From contig JABSQP010000009.1 in NCBI GenBank assembly GCA_013215815.1, positions 4,598-68,597 of the forward strand: a stretch of 64,000 nt of DNA. Direction: 5' to 3'. Made by a program: the position numbers and the translations under genes. This DNA comes from Alphaproteobacteria bacterium (GTDB lineage Bacteria; Pseudomonadota; Alphaproteobacteria; Micavibrionales; Micavibrionaceae). The notes beneath the pieces were generated by a model, which was not told the DNA's origin, made no database searches, and worked only from the letters and a program-made list of their open reading frames with translations. Positions 52,358-61,964 of this stretch are shown here, piece by piece (the first letter of the stretch is position 1; every line of letters starts with the position of its first letter).

Positions 52358-53044
52358 TTAATAATAGGTCGCGTAGCCAAAAGCCGCTAAACCAACAAGG
52401 TATTTAGAATGGCGTTTCGGCGTTAAATTTAAAGCGCGCAAAGATTGTACAACAGCAGATCGACGTTCAGCAGGAAACTTAACTTCCATAACTGATTGTG
52501 GATATGAAATCACTTGGCTCTCTGATAGCTTCATATGAGGTAGCGGTGACGAAAACTGGACGGACCGATCAAACGTCACGCGAACACCGTCTAACCCTTC
52601 GTAATACTCACGTTCATAAGACACATGCAAAGTTGGAAAGAAGTAATCATCTGCCAAAAAAGATCTATCGCCACCTAAACTGCTGTGTACTCGTTGGAAT
52701 AAATCACCATATTTTAGATCCAATAACTCTTTTTCCAATCCGTGTGTATCAAAGCGATCTTTTCCGCCCAACCTGCCATCACGATACTTCACTTCCAGAT
52801 GAACTGAATTGATGTTTTCTTTCTTATCATCATGATACCAGCGCAACCGTATTTTTCGCCTTTGAGAAATACCCGCCAGATTATCACGCACGGCGCTATA
52901 TCCAGGATCATCGAAGTAAATAGAGTTTACTGTTCTTTTAGGATGCGCTTCTCTCGCGCCTGTAGTGCTATAAAGCCAGGAAACAGCCTGAGACAGCCTA
53001 CTCTCATCCAGAACAAACTTCATTTCATAGCGATAATCACTCAT
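52358..53044 (-). CDS. VTC (polyphosphate polymerase / CYTH-like) domain protein
   Basis: RYEMKF, SIYFD, R.KIRLRWY, LEVK, Y.REYY, RVTFDR, MEVKF, SKY. Confidence 0.9.
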   Translation of the reverse strand: MSDYRYEMKFVLDESRLSQAVSWLYSTTGAREAHPKRTVNSIYFDDPGYSAVRDNLAGISQRRKIRLRWYHDDKKENINSVHLEVKYRDGRLGGKDRFDTHGLEKELLDLKYGDLFQRVHSSLGGDRSFLADDYFFPTLHVSYEREYYEGLDGVRVTFDRSVQFSSPLPHMKLSESQVISYPQSVMEVKFPAERRSAVVQSLRALNLTPKRHSKYLVGLAAFGYATYY

Positions 53045-55671
53045 TTTCTCATCGTCTCGCTTTTGTATAGCTTCTTAACGTTAATATCTATTTCTTCTAC
53101 CTCTTGACCATCGACGATTAAGGTTGTGCCCTCTTGTCTAGAAAAAGCATTAGAGTCATCATAACTCATATTATTTATCGTAAGATAAGATGGCCCAAAC
53201 ATTGGCTTCTTCATATACGTCATTGCTGCATGTAATTTATAATTAACAACAGATATACCCTCTGCTTCAACACGGCTTCCATCCTTAGATGCAATCGCTA
53301 CTCCAACATTATTTGCTAGACTATTCTTAACGATAAGGTCGCTCCCCTCGCCTGCAGATATAGCTTTATCGTGAATATTGGTGGCGTCCAAGCCATCAAT
53401 AAGAACGCGACTACCAGAGAAATCGACACCATCTCCCCTCACATTATCTACATTTACATTGAGTATTTTCCCATCTGAAAAATCACAATCAAAAGCGTCA
53501 GAACGTGTCGTTGTTAACGTACTGCGTTCCAACGTGAAGTCGGAGCGAACAATATTAAGAGCGTCTTCCGCAATTGTTCCTAAAAATTTTGAATCACTGA
53601 TTGTTACAGGAGATTTATAGAATGTAACGGCTCCAGTTAGTGATAAAAGACCATCTTGCAATGCCGTCGTGTTAGCAATAACAACATGCTGCAATACAGA
53701 TGGCTTTTGAGCCTGTAAGACATATACACCCTTCCAAGTCTCTTCTGAAGGCAGCATTTGTATCTTCAGCTTATCTGTTCCTTTTGCGTTCAATGCGCCC
53801 CGCACAATCATATATGCATCTGGCGCGAAAATCATTTTAACGCCCGCAGCTATTTCCAAATCACCATTGACGAGAAAAGGACGGGAAACAAACCAAGTAC
53901 CGTAATTTATACGGTACTTATCTTCATCAATCTTCTTAACAAATCTAGGGCTTTCTTGATTATATAACGCATCAAAAGGATTATAATAATCAGTTGAAAA
54001 AGTTGCCTTTGAAGATGTTACGCGCTTAATACCTTTGTAAGAAGTATGCGCTTTAAAACGATTATCATGATTGCCCGTGAAATCTGTTTTTACTTTAAGC
54101 TCACCGTTATTTTCAGTGTATGGCGGAACAACTGATGAGGTAAATTCAACTTCTTTATCCTTATAGTATATCTTCTCAATTTTAACTGGAACATCTAAGA
54201 GGTTAAATAAAACAAGATCGCCACTATCGTAATGGCGAATATGCACATGATCTAGTAATCCATTTACTTGTTTTTCTGTAGGCTCTTGTTTCGACTGAGC
54301 ACTTCTATTTTCTGGTGATCCAAAATTTTCAAGATCTGCATTCTTTTTTACGATCTCAACATTGTTAAAAAACATTTCAAAATCAATTTCTGCGTTATTT
54401 GGAAAATAACTTTGATAATGTTCATACAAACTTGGGATGGCATTACTGGCTTCTGAAACAGACGCTAGAGCCTTAGGCAAAAGGGCCTTCGCTTCTGGTT
54501 GTGATAAAGCTGCTTGGAACAACCATTCGTTTTCCAAAAATTTTAAAGGATTTATATCATCGGAGACAGGGTAGAACGCACCCTGATCAGTTGTGATTGG
54601 CTCTAACTGCAAAATATATGGATTGAAATAAAACCGGGCATTATTAAAATCCAACGTATGCTTATTATTCCACATAGCCGTGGAAATACCTGTCTTAAGA
54701 AAGCTCTCTACATTAACAACGCTCGCTTCCTCCCCTTTTAGAAATCTATCCATAACGAAACTGTAATAATCTCTAAACAGTGGGTTTTCGAAGTTCTTAT
54801 TCATACGATAAACAGATGTAAACAAACGTCTATCGGACAAACGATATCCCTTGTAAGGATTATCTTCTAACGTTTGATATGTCGCTTTTTGGCCGTCTAT
54901 TAGCTTGAAAATAAGAGACTCTTTAGACTTACGCTTTTCTAAGAACTCTTTAGACATATGCTCTTCAGCATGCATCACACCCCAATTTTCACCATTTACA
55001 AAAACACGTAAATAATTATGACTTGAAGACAGCTCACCCGTTTGCGAAACAAACCCTTGGAAAACCTGATCGTATGGATGTTGCCGCGCGCCTGGCTTTT
55101 GAATAGAAAATCTATTAAAGCCATTAATCATTTTCTTTTTCTTTAAGTTGATGCGCAAACTCATACGCGTTTTAGAGCGCCAATGATCATAAAGATCGCC
55201 TTTTAAACGTATATCTGCTTTATATGTTTTACCCTGATAACGAATTTGAGCTGGAACCTCATTCGGTTCCATTAAACGGTAGTGCTCTAATGCTTTTTTC
55301 CTGTCATCCAAAATAGTCTTATAATCTCTAAACTTGATATCTATATCGATACGATCAATATCAGGCCGATCAGAAAAACCGGTGACTTTTTTATAGATTA
55401 TAGAGGGTGCCCGAAATAAAACCTTTTCAGGGAACATCTTAAGCATAGACAGTATAACTTCAGATTTTGTGTTTCCGAGCTGATTGATGTTTCCGACACC
55501 ATAAAGGCCGGTAACGCTGGCTATACCCCAATCATACACAAGCGCTTTATCAAGAACAGAAGCACCTTCCAGCTTCAGACGCTCTTTAGTGATTCCAAAA
55601 GTAAGCAATACCAACAATATCAGCGCCCCTATTATTAGAGGTTTTTTGGCATTTTGCTTTTTTATAATCAT
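53041..55671 (-). CDS. Membrane-anchored CotH-like kinase fused to a C-terminal beta-helix
   Basis: N-terminal TM; IRLKGD..DH...R.SLRI; VFVNGENWGV..AEE; N.RFYFNP...LEPI..D; C-terminal EDALN, SDAFDCDF, DGVDFSGS, DKAISAGE, ASKD coils. Confidence 0.8.
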   Translation of the reverse strand: MIIKKQNAKKPLIIGALILLVLLTFGITKERLKLEGASVLDKALVYDWGIASVTGLYGVGNINQLGNTKSEVILSMLKMFPEKVLFRAPSIIYKKVTGFSDRPDIDRIDIDIKFRDYKTILDDRKKALEHYRLMEPNEVPAQIRYQGKTYKADIRLKGDLYDHWRSKTRMSLRINLKKKKMINGFNRFSIQKPGARQHPYDQVFQGFVSQTGELSSSHNYLRVFVNGENWGVMHAEEHMSKEFLEKRKSKESLIFKLIDGQKATYQTLEDNPYKGYRLSDRRLFTSVYRMNKNFENPLFRDYYSFVMDRFLKGEEASVVNVESFLKTGISTAMWNNKHTLDFNNARFYFNPYILQLEPITTDQGAFYPVSDDINPLKFLENEWLFQAALSQPEAKALLPKALASVSEASNAIPSLYEHYQSYFPNNAEIDFEMFFNNVEIVKKNADLENFGSPENRSAQSKQEPTEKQVNGLLDHVHIRHYDSGDLVLFNLLDVPVKIEKIYYKDKEVEFTSSVVPPYTENNGELKVKTDFTGNHDNRFKAHTSYKGIKRVTSSKATFSTDYYNPFDALYNQESPRFVKKIDEDKYRINYGTWFVSRPFLVNGDLEIAAGVKMIFAPDAYMIVRGALNAKGTDKLKIQMLPSEETWKGVYVLQAQKPSVLQHVVIANTTALQDGLLSLTGAVTFYKSPVTISDSKFLGTIAEDALNIVRSDFTLERSTLTTTRSDAFDCDFSDGKILNVNVDNVRGDGVDFSGSRVLIDGLDATNIHDKAISAGEGSDLIVKNSLANNVGVAIASKDGSRVEAEGISVVNYKLHAAMTYMKKPMFGPSYLTINNMSYDDSNAFSRQEGTTLIVDGQEVEEIDINVKKLYKSETMRK

Positions 55672-55701
55672 ATGTATTTCCCGCTATCTAAGCGTACATA
55701 T

Positions 55702-56382
55702 CTACCAGTTTGTTTTAGCTTCAAAGAAGGAACAAGTTGCGGATTTATCTTCTTCTCGAACAAGTTTCATAACATTATCAAGCTTTTCATTATCATTCAG
55801 CGCAACCAACAAAACCGCAGTGTTCGCATCTGCTGTATAATCCAAGCGAACGACTTTTAAGCTCTTTGTGCGGTCTTTAATCGCATCTAATATCTGCGAA
55901 AACTCAATATCTGCTGATTTCCAATTAATCACCATGTTGTATTCATCTGCCTGTCCGACCTTACGGTTAGACAACCAAAAGTAAACAACCACCAAGATTG
56001 CTAAAGTAAATAATGTTGTAATTAGAACTTGGCCGGCACCATACCCAATACCTATGGCAATCGCCAAAAATAAATACACTAATTCTTCCGGCTCTTTAAT
56101 AGGCGTACGGAAACGTACAATAGAAAGAGCACCAACCAAACCAAGAGAAAGCGCAAGAGACGATTTCACAACGACAATAACCAAAAAGATTACAGCTGAA
56201 AGTACAGGTAAGACTGCACCAATGTGATTTTTACCAGTAAGAGAAAAAGAGCGACGAATATAGAAATCTCTGACAATAAATGCCATCGCCACACACAAGA
56301 CGAAACTAAAAGACGTTGGAATTAACTCTAGCTGATCACTAGAATTAGGAAATAATGTCGCGATGCTTTCAAGCTTGTCCAT
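55702..56382 (-). CDS. DUF4956 family membrane protein (MgtC-like N-terminus)
   Basis: SSLALSLGLVGALSIVRFRTPIKEPEEL.YLF.AIAIG...G; SD GGGGAG before MDKLES. Confidence 0.9.
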   Translation of the reverse strand: MDKLESIATLFPNSSDQLELIPTSFSFVLCVAMAFIVRDFYIRRSFSLTGKNHIGAVLPVLSAVIFLVIVVVKSSLALSLGLVGALSIVRFRTPIKEPEELVYLFLAIAIGIGYGAGQVLITTLFTLAILVVVYFWLSNRKVGQADEYNMVINWKSADIEFSQILDAIKDRTKSLKVVRLDYTADANTAVLLVALNDNEKLDNVMKLVREEDKSATCSFFEAKTNW

Positions 56383-56607
56383 AAAAGGCTCCCCTATAGA
56401 TCGATAAACCACTGATTTAAAATAATAAATTGTGATACATGCAGTTACACACTAACTATTTTCATTAAAATAGTCAGTTTATTAATTTTAGCAATAAAAT
56501 AAGTATGCCAATATGACTTAACATATATCCTCATTTATGTTTATTTCATCAAATTGACTAGATCAAAAACATCACTTTTACTTTTTAAAAACATTAAGAT
56601 CCGACAC

Positions 56608-57351
56608 ATGAAAATGCCTTCTCCTGTTTTAATTTTACAATTACGCCCTGAAGATGCTGTAGCAAATAGTGAATATGCCTGCCTTCTAAAATATGGGAGC
56701 TTACAGCCAGAAGACACACACAGAATACGCATCGAACAAGCTGGTATTCCTGACGACTTGGATCCTCTTGATTACAGCGCTATTATAGTTGGCGGTAGTC
56801 CTTTTGATATTAGCACTCCCGAAAGTGAAAAATCAGATATACAGCATAAAATCGAAGCTGATTTTAATAGACTACTTCACCAAATCGTAACACAGGACCT
56901 CCCCTTCCTTGGCGCCTGTTCGGGCAATGGTCTATTAGGTAGTTATCTTGGCGCGAAAATAACCAGAGAGTATGGAGAAACGACAAGCTGCGTGACATTA
57001 GAAATCACCGAGGATGGTAAAAAGGATAAATTACTAAAAGGTTTCCCGGATCATATAGACGTGTTACTTGGCCATAAAGAAGCAGTTGATACGACGCCTG
57101 ATAAGGCAACACTACTGATGACAGGAACAGATTGCCCCGTACAAATGTTTCGTGTCGGGCAGAACGTCTATGCCACTCAATTTCACCCAGAAGGCGACGC
57201 AGAAGAATTCAAATTACGAATTGATATCTACCGCAATCATGGTTATTTTGAGCCACACGAAGCTGATGCACTAAAAGAAAACGTTAGCGCAAAGCCAACA
57301 CCATATGCCCAAGAAATATTACGGCGCTTTGTTGAATATTATTATCAATAA
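56608..57351 (+). CDS. Stand-alone class I glutamine amidotransferase
   Basis: VGGSP, nucleophile GACSG, YATQFHPE. Confidence 0.92.
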   Translation: MKMPSPVLILQLRPEDAVANSEYACLLKYGSLQPEDTHRIRIEQAGIPDDLDPLDYSAIIVGGSPFDISTPESEKSDIQHKIEADFNRLLHQIVTQDLPFLGACSGNGLLGSYLGAKITREYGETTSCVTLEITEDGKKDKLLKGFPDHIDVLLGHKEAVDTTPDKATLLMTGTDCPVQMFRVGQNVYATQFHPEGDAEEFKLRIDIYRNHGYFEPHEADALKENVSAKPTPYAQEILRRFVEYYYQ

Positions 57352-57412
57352 CGTCTGATTAAAAATGCGGCTATAGACGGTTTAACACGTCTCAAACTAC
57401 CTGCCTATTTGC

Positions 57413-57613
57413 TCAAATACGGCTATCTGCAGTTTCCGAAGGCTGCAGACACGAGCTACATCCACAACCACAACCATGAGAAGTCGTTTCAAGTGATTGT
57501 TTTAGATTACTTGCCTCTGGGGCTTTCGCATTCGCCTTTTCAGCATGCCCCAACTGAGAGAAAGCAAAGAATGTTACAAACAAACCTGTTATCTTTAATA
57601 TTACGCCCCTCAT
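57413..57613 (-). CDS. 66-aa secreted peptide with HGCGCGCSSC motif
   Basis: SD AAGGA then MRGVILK..., signal peptide ending GHA, Cys cluster near the C-terminus. Confidence 0.6.
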   Translation of the reverse strand: MRGVILKITGLFVTFFAFSQLGHAEKANAKAPEASNLKQSLETTSHGCGCGCSSCLQPSETADSRI

Positions 57614-57731
57614 AAAGTAGTCCTTTCGTATTTCGCTTCTTAAATTATAGCATCTATACTTAAAAGAAAACAAAAAGAGCCTGTCATACGCACAATCTAA
57701 AGCAGTATTTTTAATGAAATTAATTATGAAA

Positions 57732-57817
57732 TGGTGGAGGGAGTAGGATTCGAACCTACGTACGCTTACGCGGGCGGAGTTACAGTCCGCTGCCTTTAAC
57801 CACTCGACCATCCCTCC
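57732..57817 (-). tRNA. tRNA-Tyr (anticodon GTA)
   Basis: GGAGGGATGGTCGAGTGGTTAAAGGCAGCGGA-CTGTAAC-TCCGC, long variable arm, GGTTCGAATCC...CTCCACCA. Confidence 0.97.
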
Positions 57818-57904
57818 ACGCGGGCAATTAAATATCGAGTTAAATACGGAGCATAAGAAAAAGCTTTTTGCTTTCTTTGTCAAGGGCATGTATGAAGTTT
57901 TCTT

Positions 57905-58699
57905 ATGAAACATCACAAAAATAAGCATAAAGGTCACAAAGGCCAGAAAAGCAAGTCAGCGCGCCTAAATTTAAGCCTTTTTGGCTTTCACGCCGTAGCC
58001 GAAGCTTGGCTTAACCCAAAACGCCATATACATGCTCTATTCGTAACGGAAAGCGCGCTTTATGGATTTGAAGAAACAATGAAAAAAGCTGCTGAAAAAG
58101 GTTTAAAACGCCCAGATCCGCAAATTATCGACAAAGCAGCCTTAGATAGCGCGACACCGCCAGGCGCTGTCCATCAGGGGGTTGCCCTGTCCTGTCAAAA
58201 TTTAGAACAGATGGATATTCGCGATATTCTGGCGAAAATTCAAAATAATGAGAAAACTACCCTAGTTATGCTCGATCAAGTGACAGACCCGCATAATGTT
58301 GGTGCCATTTTACGATCAGCCAGTGTTTTCGGTGCATCTGGCCTTATAATGCAGGATAAACATGCCCCTGATTTAGGTGGTACGCTTGCAAAAACAGCCT
58401 GCGGAGCCGTTGAACATGTTCCCGTTGCATATGAAACAAACCTGACCCGTTGCTTGGAATTACTACAAAAAGAAGGATATTTCGCTATCGCACTCGATGA
58501 GCGAGGGGATGCTGAAATATCTGAGTTCCCGAAATATGAGAAGGCTGTTCTTGTGATGGGCGCTGAAGGCGATGGGCTTCGAAGACTTGTGCGGGAACAA
58601 TGCGACGTTCTGGCGCGGCTTCCCGTATACGGAGCCGTTCCCTGTCTGAATGTGTCGAATGCTGCTGCTGTAGCTCTGTATGCTGTGCAGAAACCTTAA
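57905..58699 (+). CDS. rlmB: 23S rRNA Gm2251 methyltransferase (TrmH/SpoU family)
   Basis: G.HAV, HQGV, LDQVTDPHNVGAILRSA, MGAEG.GLR, LNVSNAAA. Confidence 0.92.
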   Translation: MKHHKNKHKGHKGQKSKSARLNLSLFGFHAVAEAWLNPKRHIHALFVTESALYGFEETMKKAAEKGLKRPDPQIIDKAALDSATPPGAVHQGVALSCQNLEQMDIRDILAKIQNNEKTTLVMLDQVTDPHNVGAILRSASVFGASGLIMQDKHAPDLGGTLAKTACGAVEHVPVAYETNLTRCLELLQKEGYFAIALDERGDAEISEFPKYEKAVLVMGAEGDGLRRLVREQCDVLARLPVYGAVPCLNVSNAAAVALYAVQKP

Positions 58700-59087
58700 A
58701 GTCAGAACGAGGATTATCACCGAAACAATCTCGATTGAACTTTGCTCTTATTTTGTCGACCAAAATCTGTATTCGATGACGTAACACATTATCGGTTTCC
58801 ATTGGTTTCATTGAAAGAGACACATTAGCAAAGGCTTTTGAAAGACTAGAGAAGCTTATAGGCGTCTCTTCACGAAGAACATCCAATATCCAATTAATCG
58901 TATCGCGTGCTTCATCTTCATCCGCACACACATTTAGATCAATAACTTGACCCCATAACTCTTCTGCATACTCAACAAGACGGCCAGCAATCATGCCCGC
59001 CATCACCTCTTTTTCCGGGTCTAGCACCGTGTACTGATAGGCCTGAATATGTTCACGCAATTGTTCTATTGAAGAAATTTTACTCAT
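58485..59087 (-). CDS. Hypothetical protein; 3' end overlaps rlmB antisense
   Basis: Fills the rlmB-polA gap; the last approximately 70 codons overlap rlmB. Confidence 0.55.
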   Translation of the reverse strand: MSKISSIEQLREHIQAYQYTVLDPEKEVMAGMIAGRLVEYAEELWGQVIDLNVCADEDEARDTINWILDVLREETPISFSSLSKAFANVSLSMKPMETDNVLRHRIQILVDKIRAKFNRDCFGDNPRSDFKVSAQHTELQQQHSTHSDRERLRIREAAPERRIVPAQVFEAHRLQRPSQEQPSHISGTQIFQHPLAHRVR

Positions 59088-59192
59088 AAACTAAAATACT
59101 CTATATCTATTATTCATAATATAATTTTTTATTCTGTCAACAATCTCATTTTAAACTTTGTCACAAAGCGCCCTTCCCGCTAAAACATTCTT

Positions 59193-61964
59193 ATGACTGC
59201 AGATAAGAATACTCTCTATTTAGTGGATGGCTCCGGCTATATCTTTCGTGCTTATTACGCTATGGCTTATAGCGGTGGCGGAAGCCTAACAAATCCTGAA
59301 GGAACACCTGTTGGTGCGGTATATGGCTTCACCAATATGATGATGAAGCTACTCGATGATCATAAAGAAGCAGTCATTGCTGTTATCTTTGACGCGGCGC
59401 GCGCAAATTTTCGTAATGACATTTATGAAGATTACAAAGCAAATCGTGATGAAACACCTGAAGATCTTATTCCGCAGTTCCCTCTTGTGCGTGAAGCAAC
59501 AGAAGCTCTAGGCATTCCAGCAGTAGAACTAGAGGGGTACGAGGCAGATGACCTCATCGCCACTTATGCGCAGCAAGCTGTCGCTCAAGGTAAAAAAGTG
59601 ATCATAATCTCTTCTGATAAAGACCTCATGCAACTTGTCACCGATGACATTAGCATGATGGATCCAATGAAGAATAAAATGATTGACCCAAAAGGTGTTG
59701 TCGAAAAATTCGGCGTTACACCAGATAAGGTTGTTGATGTGCAATCCCTTGCTGGAGATAGTGTTGACAATGTCCCGGGCGTACCTGGTATTGGGGTAAA
59801 AACCGCAGCACAACTCATTAATGAGTATGGCTCTCTCGAAGAGCTTTTAAATCGTGCGGAGGAAATAAAGCAACCCAAACGTCGTGAAAAACTCATAGAA
59901 AATGCCGATATGGCGCGTATATCCCAACAACTTGTTAGATTAGCGCAAGATGCACCTGTTCCCATGCCTTTGGAACAATTCACACACCACGACCCAACTA
60001 TGCCCGATTTAAAGGCCTTCTTACAAAAGCAAGGATTTAAGTCGATGCTGACACGCCTTGGTGACACTGTTTCAAATGATACGGCAGAACAAAGCGCGGA
60101 TATCAAAACAGAAGAACTACCGGCTATTTCAGAGAATGAATACACTCTAATCACGGATATCGATACTCTAAAAGAATGGATAGAAGATGCTTATCAAACA
60201 AGCGTTCTGGCAATCGATACAGAAACAACACACCTCACACCTGCGATAGCCAAACTCGTCGGTATTTCGATTTGTTCAACAATCGGAAAAGCCGCTTATA
60301 TCCCGCTTACTCATGTTCCTGAAGAAGTGGATCTGCTGGGTGAGAGTAAAGGTGATCTCGTTCAAATTCCTTTTGATGATGCTATTAACGCGCTCAAACC
60401 ACTTTTGGAAGACCCTAGCGTTTTAAAAGTAGGTCAGAATATAAAATATGATTGGCAGATGTTTAAAAAGCATGGCATTCATATGGCCCCTTGCGATGAT
60501 ACGATGCTTATATCCTACACAGTAGATGGCACAAGCCATTCAAATTCAATGGATGGACTATCTAAACTCTTCCTCGATCATGAGCCAATAAAATATGAAG
60601 AAGTTGCTGGGAAAGGTAAAAATCAGGTTACGTTCGACAAAGTCGACGTAGACAAAGCACGCGATTATGCCGCAGAAGATGCAGACATAACACACCGCCT
60701 CCACCATACATTCAAACCGCGTGTCGCACGTGAAAAAATGGCACGCGTCTATGAAGATATCGAACGCCCACTTGTTTCAGTTATTGGACAAATGGAGCTA
60801 GATGGCATTAAAGTTGATCAGCTTATTTTAAAAGAAATGAGCAGCGATTTTGCCAAGAAGATCCAAGAACTTGAAAAAGAAATTCATACCGAAGCAGGCA
60901 CTGAATTCAACATTGGATCGCCAAAGCAGATCGGAGAAATTTTATTTGATCAAATGGGTCTATCTGGCGGTAAAAAAACCAAGACAGGCCAATGGTCAAC
61001 TGATGTTTCAACACTCGAAAAACTATCTGCACAAGGTCATAAAATTGTTAGCGATATCCTTGAATGGCGCGGCCTTGCCAAACTAAAAAGCACATATACA
61101 GACGCCCTTCAGGAACAAATAAACCCTGATACAGGGCGTGTACACACCTCTTTTTCTATGGCTGGCACATCAACAGGACGCCTTGCATCCAGTGACCCAA
61201 ACTTACAAAACATCCCAATTCGTACAGAAGATGGACGCCGTATTCGTGAAGCGTTCGTAGCCGAAGAAGGACATGTTCTTTTATCCGTCGATTACTCGCA
61301 AGTTGAACTGCGTCTCGCCGCAGAAATGGCTGACGTAGCCGCACTAAAGCAAGCATTCAAAGATAACGTTGATATTCACGCCATGACAGCATCGCAAGTC
61401 TTTGGTGTACCGCTCGATGAAGTATCCAGCGATCTTCGACGTCAGGCAAAAGCTGTTAACTTTGGTATTATATATGGCATCTCTGGCTGGGGCCTTGCCA
61501 AACAACTGGACTGTGATCCAGGAGATGCACAGGAATTCATCAATAAATATCTCGATGTCTTTGGTGAGATTCGTGACTTTATGGAGGAGCAAAAAGAATT
61601 TGCGCGTCAATACGAATATGTTGAAACACTCTTTGGCCGCAAATGCTTTACCCCCAATATTAATGCGAAGCAGCAAAATGTGAAAATGGGGGCCGAACGC
61701 GCTGCGATTAACGCGCCTCTCCAAGGTACTGCCGCTGATATTATGAAGATGGCGATGATTAAAATGCCGCGCGCATTAAAAGAGGCAAACCTAAAGGCAA
61801 AAATGCTTCTTCAAGTTCACGATGAATTAATTTTCGAAGTACCTAGCGATGAACTAGAGAAAACATCTGACCTCGTCAGACACGTCATGGAGAACGTTGT
61901 TGATCTTGATGTTCCATTAATTGCAGAAGCAGGTCACGGAAACAGCTGGGCCGAGGCACACTAA
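59193..61964 (+). CDS. polA: DNA polymerase I
   Basis: 5'-exonuclease DGS..IFRAY, YKANR, EADD, GD..DN.PGV.GIG.KTA; 3'-exonuclease DTET, NIKYD, YAAEDA; polymerase TGRL.S.DPNLQNIP, DYSQ.ELR, K.VNFG..YG, QVHDE. Confidence 0.99.
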   Translation: MTADKNTLYLVDGSGYIFRAYYAMAYSGGGSLTNPEGTPVGAVYGFTNMMMKLLDDHKEAVIAVIFDAARANFRNDIYEDYKANRDETPEDLIPQFPLVREATEALGIPAVELEGYEADDLIATYAQQAVAQGKKVIIISSDKDLMQLVTDDISMMDPMKNKMIDPKGVVEKFGVTPDKVVDVQSLAGDSVDNVPGVPGIGVKTAAQLINEYGSLEELLNRAEEIKQPKRREKLIENADMARISQQLVRLAQDAPVPMPLEQFTHHDPTMPDLKAFLQKQGFKSMLTRLGDTVSNDTAEQSADIKTEELPAISENEYTLITDIDTLKEWIEDAYQTSVLAIDTETTHLTPAIAKLVGISICSTIGKAAYIPLTHVPEEVDLLGESKGDLVQIPFDDAINALKPLLEDPSVLKVGQNIKYDWQMFKKHGIHMAPCDDTMLISYTVDGTSHSNSMDGLSKLFLDHEPIKYEEVAGKGKNQVTFDKVDVDKARDYAAEDADITHRLHHTFKPRVAREKMARVYEDIERPLVSVIGQMELDGIKVDQLILKEMSSDFAKKIQELEKEIHTEAGTEFNIGSPKQIGEILFDQMGLSGGKKTKTGQWSTDVSTLEKLSAQGHKIVSDILEWRGLAKLKSTYTDALQEQINPDTGRVHTSFSMAGTSTGRLASSDPNLQNIPIRTEDGRRIREAFVAEEGHVLLSVDYSQVELRLAAEMADVAALKQAFKDNVDIHAMTASQVFGVPLDEVSSDLRRQAKAVNFGIIYGISGWGLAKQLDCDPGDAQEFINKYLDVFGEIRDFMEEQKEFARQYEYVETLFGRKCFTPNINAKQQNVKMGAERAAINAPLQGTAADIMKMAMIKMPRALKEANLKAKMLLQVHDELIFEVPSDELEKTSDLVRHVMENVVDLDVPLIAEAGHGNSWAEAH

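Noticed and set aside
52358..57817. Integrative island anchored at tRNA-Tyr
   Set aside because: No integrase and no duplicated tRNA 3' end found by eye; horizontal origin is possible but unsupported
57614..57937. N-terminal 108 codons of the 174-aa ORF
   Set aside because: Runs through tRNA-Tyr and the rlmB start; only the SD-led last 66 codons are plausible
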